Of a stretch of DNA of 56,926 bases, positions 50,786 to 56,926 are shown piece by piece (position 1 is the stretch's first letter; each line of letters opens with the position of its first letter). The notes beneath the pieces were generated by a model. The model was not told where the DNA came from. It worked only from the letters and a program-made list of their open reading frames with translations, and ran no database searches. Position numbers and translations under genes: made by a program. The stretch comes from Macrostomum lignano (taxonomy: Eukaryota), in contig NIVC01004171.1 of assembly GCA_002269645.1 (NCBI GenBank), forward strand, positions 1-56,926, read 5' to 3'.

Positions 50786-52258
50786 CTCCCCTTTGATAGC
50801 TCCGGGTCATCTGGGAAATTCCCCTTTGATAGCTCCGGGTCATCTGGAAAATTCCCCCTTTTGATAGCTCTGGGTCATCTGTGAAATTCCCCTTTGATAG
50901 CTCCGGGTCATCTGAGAAATTCCCCCTTTGATAGCTCCGGGTCATCTGGGAAATTCCCCTTTGATAGCTCCGGGTCATCTGAGAAATTCCCCCTTTGATA
51001 GCTCCGGGTCATCTGGGAAATTCCCCTTTGATAGCTCCGGGTCATCTGGAAAATTCCCCCTTTTGATAGCTCTGGGTCATCTGTGAAATTCCCCTTTGAT
51101 AGCTCCGGGTCATCTGGGAAATTCCCCTTTGATAGCTCTGGGTCATCTGGGAAATTCCCCTTTGATAGCTCCGGGTCATCTGAGAAATTCCCCCTTTGAT
51201 AGCTCCGGGTCATCTGGGAAATTCCCCTTTGATAGCTCTGGGTCATCTGGGAAATTCCCCCTTTGATAGCTCTGGGTCATCTGGAAAATTCCCCCTTTTG
51301 ATAGCTCTGGGTCATCTGGGAAATTCCCCTTTGATAGCTCCGGGTCATCTGGGAAATTCCCCTTTGATAGCTCCGGGTCATCTGGGAAATTCCCCTTTGA
51401 TAGCTCCGGGTCATCTGAGAAATTCCCACTTTGATAGCTCTGGGTCATCTGGAAAATTCCCCCTTTTGATAGCTCTGGGTCATCTGGAAAATTCCCCTTT
51501 GATAGCTCTGGGTCATCTGGGAAATTCCCTCTTTGAGAGCTCTGGGTCATCTGGGAAATTGCTCTTTGATAGCTCCGGGTCATCTGGGAATTCCCCCTTT
51601 GATAGCTCTGGGTCATCTGGAAAATTCCCCTTTGATATCTCTGGGTCATCTGGGAAATTCCCCCTTTGATAGCTCTGGGTCATCTGGGAAATTGCTCTTT
51701 GATAGCTCTGGGTCATCTGGGAAATTCCCTTTTGATAGCTCCGGGTCATCTGGGAATTCCCCCTTTGATAGCTCTGGGTCATCTGGAAAATTCCCCTTTG
51801 ATAGCTCTGGGTCATCTGGGAAATTCCTCTTTGATAGCTCTGGGTCATCTGGGAAATTGCTCTTTGATAGCTCCGGGTCATCTGGGAATTCCCCCTTTGA
51901 TAGCTCTGGGTCATCTGGAAAATTCCCCTTTGATATCTCTGGGTCATCTGGGAAATTCCCCCTTTGATAGCTCTGGGTCATCTGGGAAATTGCTCTTTGA
52001 TAGCTCTGGGTCATCTGGGAAATTCCCTTTTGATAGCTCCGGGTCATCTGGGAATTCCCCCTTTGATAGCTCTGGGTCATCTGGAAAATTCCCCTTTGAT
52101 AGCTCTGGGTCATCTGGGAAATTCCTCTTTGATAGCTCTGGGTCATCTGGGAAATTCCTCTTTGATAGCTCTGGTCATCTGAGAAATTCCCCCTTTGATA
52201 GCTCTGGGTCATCTGGAAGAGTCCCCTTTGATAGCTCTGGGTCATCTGGAAAATTCCC
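50786..52258. repeat. ~30-32-bp minisatellite (GATAGCTCTGGGTCATCTGGGAAATTCCCCTTT)
   Basis: Direct reading. The GATATC variant recurs 298 bp apart (51634, 51932). Confidence 0.95.
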
Positions 52259-52954
52259 CTTCGAAACAAGGGTATGCTATGCACTGTAAATGAGATGCGA
52301 AATTCCCTGTGTGTGAGTCGCTACAAAGTCCTTCGCAATCGCAAGATGACGAGGCAACTAACTATTTAATAGAAGGCAAGTTACTCCCACTGCTTACTCA
52401 TACTGTGAAAGATTACGTTACGGACACGGGAGCCGCATTGGCGGAACTTCAGCAGTCAGCCGAGATAACTGACTGACTGGCTCTGCCCCAGAATCGTCCA
52501 TACATGTAGACCAGGGGTCGAACCCCGGCACCCCTCCCCATTGGAGCAGATCGGGCGGTTCTGTAATTTTGAAGAAGCTCGGTAAATCGATTCGAGACCG
52601 TTCGATAGCCGAGTTATCAAACTGGCCGAATTTCTTCTTAAGCCAGGCCGTGTTCCTCGGTTCCCGCGCACCCGAGTCACGTCTGGCAATATTGCCGCCA
52701 AAGACCAGGCCGTGTTCAGGCGGAACTGGGAGAGAAGTGAGATGGGACAAAAACAGTTTTTCAACATTTTCTCCCTAACACAGCAGCCAGGAAGGGCATC
52801 GATTCCGCGCTCTTGAAGGGTTCGCTGGCTCGACTGCGTGTCGCCTTGACAAGATCCTCCTCTGACCTTGGGTCGCCATGCGCTGTATATTGTTATAATC
52901 CTGTTATACAAGCGTACCTCTGATTTTTATCTCTCGCACTTCAATGAGAAATAG

Positions 52955-54600
52955 AGATGGTGGAGAGATGGTAGACAAGAAGAGATGTTAGACAGGTAGA
53001 GATGGTAGACAGGTAGAGAGGTGGTAGACAGGTAGAGAGATGGTAGACAGGTAGAGATGGTAGAAAAGTAGAGATGTTAGACAGGTAGAGATGGTAGACA
53101 AGAAGAGATGGTAGACAGGTAGAGATGGTAGACAGGTAGAGATGGTAGACAGGTAGAGAGATGGTAGACAGGTAGAGAGATGGTAGACAGGTAGAGAGAT
53201 GGTAGACAGGTAGAGAGATGGTAGACAGGTAGAGAGATGGTAGACAGGTAGAGATGGTAGAAAAGTAGAGATGTTAGACAGGTAGAGATGGTAGACAAGA
53301 AGAGATGGTAGACAGGTAGAGAGATGGTAGACAGGTAGAGAGATGGTAGACAGGTAGAGAGATGGTAGACAGGTAGAGAGATGGTAGACAGGTAGAGAGA
53401 TGGTAGACAGGTAGAGATGGTAGACAGGTAGAGATGGTAGAAAAGTAGAGATGTTAGACAGGTAGAGATGGTAGACAAGAAGAGATGGTAGACAGGTAGA
53501 GATGGTAGACAAGAAGAGATGGTAGACAGGTAGAGATGGCAGACAGGTAGAGAGGTGGTAGACAGGTAGAGAGAGGGTAGACAGGTAGAGAGATGGTAGA
53601 CAGGTAGAGAGATGGTAGACAGGTAGAGATGGTAGAAAAGTAGAGATGTTAGACAGGTAGAGATGGTAGACAAGAAGAGATGGTAGACAGGTAGAGAGAT
53701 GGTAGACAGGTAGAGAGATGGTAGACAGGTAGAGAGATGGTAGACAGGTAGAGATGGTAGAAAAGTAGAGATGTTAGACAGATAGAGATGGTAGACAAGA
53801 AGAGATGGTAGACAGGTAGAGATGGTAGACAAGATGAGATGGTAGACAGGTAGAGATGGTAGACAAGAAGAGATGTTACACAGGTAGAGATGGCAGACAG
53901 GTAGAGAGATGGTAGACAGGTAGAGAGATGGTAGACAGGTACTGGTAGAGATGGCAGACAGGTAGAGAGATGGTAGACAGGTAGAGATGGTAGACAGGTA
54001 GAGAGATGGCAGATAGGTAGAGATGGTAGACAGGTAGAGAGATGGCAGATAGGTAGAGATGGCAGACAGGTAGAGAGATGGCAGACAGATAGATAGAGAG
54101 ATGGTAGACAGGTAGAGAGATGGTAGACAGGTAGAGAGATGGCAGACAGGTAGAGATGGTAGACAGGTAGAGAGATGGCAGATAGGTAGAGATGGCAGAC
54201 AGGTAGAGAGATGGCAGACAGATAGAGAGATGGTAGACAGGTAGAGAGATGGTAGACAGGTAGAGATGGTAGACAGGTAGAGAGATGGTAGACAGGTAGA
54301 GATGGTAGACAGGTAGAGAGATGGTAGACAGGTAGAGATGGTAGACAAGAAGAGATGGTAGACAGGTAGAGAGATGGTAGACAGGTAGAGAGATGGTAGA
54401 CAGATAGAGATGGTAGACAGGTAGAGAGATGGTAGACAGGTAGAGATGGTAGACAGGTAGAGATGGTAGACAAGAAGAGATGGCAGACAGGTAGAGATGG
54501 TAGACAGGTAGAGATGGTAGACAGGTAGAGAGATGGTAGACAGGTAGAGAGATGGTAGACAGGTATAGATGGTAGACAGGTAGAGAAGTAACGGTAGACA
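52955..54600. repeat. 17-19-bp purine-rich tandem repeat (GAGATGGTAGACAGGTA)n
   Basis: Direct reading. Confidence 0.95.
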
Positions 54601-55195
54601 GTGTAAGTTAAGCAAACCTTTGCCAGACGCCAAAATGTCCCTGATTGAGTCACCAGATAGTCCGGTCTCAGGCAGTGGATAAGCTTGTTAATCCGGGTCC
54701 CCCGACGATTTTCCTTCAACCCCAGCCAATTTTCGTACAGAAATGAAAACAACAGCGAAATTTTGCTTTTCCAATTCAGAATTTGCGCAGAAAAATATTA
54801 AACCTTGGCTGTTAAATCAAAGATCAGCAAGCAGAGGTGTGTTAAGAATTTAATAGTCTTGGAATTCGCAACTTCGGCAGACAACCGTTTTCCAAGCAAT
54901 CTCTGCTGATCTGAAAAAAATTTCAACTGCTGAAGCATGTTTAAATGGTTTTCCTTTTTTGATGAAGCAGTGAAATGTACAGCTTCCATCACTGCAGAGG
55001 TGCTGAGTCAGACTGCGTCTGGTTGCTGATACATCCGGCACTAATTATAGGAAAAATTATAACTTTCAATTTTTTGGACAAAATCCCCTCCAAAGAAAAT
55101 CACGCAAGACGGAAGGAAATCTTAAAGCAACTTCTGCAGACAAATTTTTGCCTTAGTTTAGTTTGCATTGCGCTGCAATTTCTTTGCACATATTG

Positions 55196-56020
55196 ACCCT
55201 CACAATCCCCAGTCTTCACAGTCCCCAGTCTTCACAGTCCCCAATCTTCACAATCCCCAATCTTCACTATCCCCAATCTTCACAATCCCAATCTTCACAA
55301 TCCCCAATCTTCACAATCCCCAATCTTCACAATCCCCAATCTTCACAATCCCCAGTCTTCACAATCCGCAATCTTCACAATCCCCAATCTTCACAATCCG
55401 CAATCTTCACAGTCCCTAATCTTCACAATCCCCAATCTTCACTATCCCCAGTCTTCACAATCCCCAATCTTCACAATCCGCAATCTTCACAGTCCCCAGT
55501 CTTCACAATCTGCAATCTTCACAATCCCCAGTCTTCACAGTCCCCAATCTTCACAATCCGCAATCTTCACAATCCCAATCTTCACAATCCCCAATCTTCA
55601 CAATCCCCAGTCTTCACAATCCCCAATCTTCACAATCCCCAATCTTCACTATCCCCAATCTTCACAATCCCCAATCTTCACAATCCCCAATCTTCACAAT
55701 CCCCAATCTTCACAATCCACAGTCTTCACAATCCCCAATCTTCACTATCCCCAGTCTTCACAATCCACAATTTTAAAATCCCCAATCTTCACAATCCGAA
55801 ATCTTCACAATCCGCAATCTTCACAATCCCCAATCTTCACAATCCCCAATCTTCACAATCCGAAATCTTCACAATCCCCAATCTTCACAATCCACAGTCT
55901 TCATAATCCCCAATCTTCACTATCCCCAGTCTTCACAATCCACAATTTTAAAATCCCCAATCTTCACAATCCGAAATCTTCACAATCCGCAATCTTCACA
56001 AGCCCCAATCTTCACAGTCA
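55196..56020. repeat. 16-bp tandem repeat (ATCCCCAATCTTCACA)n
   Basis: Direct reading. Confidence 0.94.
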
Positions 56021-56544
56021 CACTCCACCCCAGAATATGACTCTAGTACTCCGTGCCCGAGTTAGCAGTCCAGGAGTGGCTCCACAGCGCCAGCATATTG
56101 AAAGTAGCCAAAATCATTGGCCCCAGCTTCAATAAGCAGAAGGCAATCCAGAAACTGGTTCTCGCTTCTCGTCAGTCAGGGCCGCGGCTACGAGGCTGGA
56201 GACCTGCCCACACTTTTTCTTCAGCAGGGCGGCCAGAGTCTGCAAAAATCTCTGCCGAAGTATTTTGAACAAATTTTTTTCCACCCCCCATTGCGGCCAA
56301 AACTCAGCTCGGATACCGATTTTACAATTATACCGAATTTATGGACCCAGCTGTGTACTGCATATTGCGGCCTGGCTTCCCTTTAGCCCCAGTTTGGCGA
56401 CAAACGGACAGCCGGGCGGCAGCGTCCTCGGCGAGTAACTGAAGCCTGCAGTAGAAATAAATAAATGAATGAATTTTCTTAAGTGGCCGAACCTGCTGCA
56501 TACTCTGAGCCATCCACTTCCGCAAGGTCTTGGGTGGCCTGCGG

Positions 56545-56926
<382 letters not shown>

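Overview
Animal genomic DNA, not prokaryotic. It has spliceosomal GT-AG introns, GC-rich exons and very large micro/minisatellites; the style resembles a long-read assembly of a free-living flatworm such as Macrostomum, but the taxon is inference only. Left to right: (1) a complete 6.4-kb hAT-type DNA transposon (84-6466; perfect 18-bp TIRs, 8-bp TSD) encoding a 5-exon, ~1,190-aa zinc-finger transposase and carrying a nested MITE; (2) an LTR-like promoter block; (3) a 3-exon GT32 glycosyltransferase (-) head-to-head with a 6-exon two-TM NIT-like receptor guanylate cyclase (+) whose first catalytic Asp is replaced by Gly; (4) an intronless somatostatin/allatostatin-C-like GPCR; (5) a hierarchical minisatellite; (6) a dead DIRS/Ngaro tyrosine-recombinase fragment, a CORE-SINE, a tRNA-headed element with a TATC tail, a small secreted-peptide exon and a Tc1 relic; (7) a multi-exon gene joining four spaced zinc fingers to a Crypton-derived (DUF3504/ZMYM-QRICH1-KCTD1-like) domain, whose 6.3-kb intron holds a Penelope-like retroelement embedded in (TATC)n. 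Most long ORFs in the supplied track are repeat artefacts. Three frameshifts in otherwise intact genes are single-base losses in short homopolymers and may be sequencing errors. No CRISPR, rRNA or functional tRNA genes were found.
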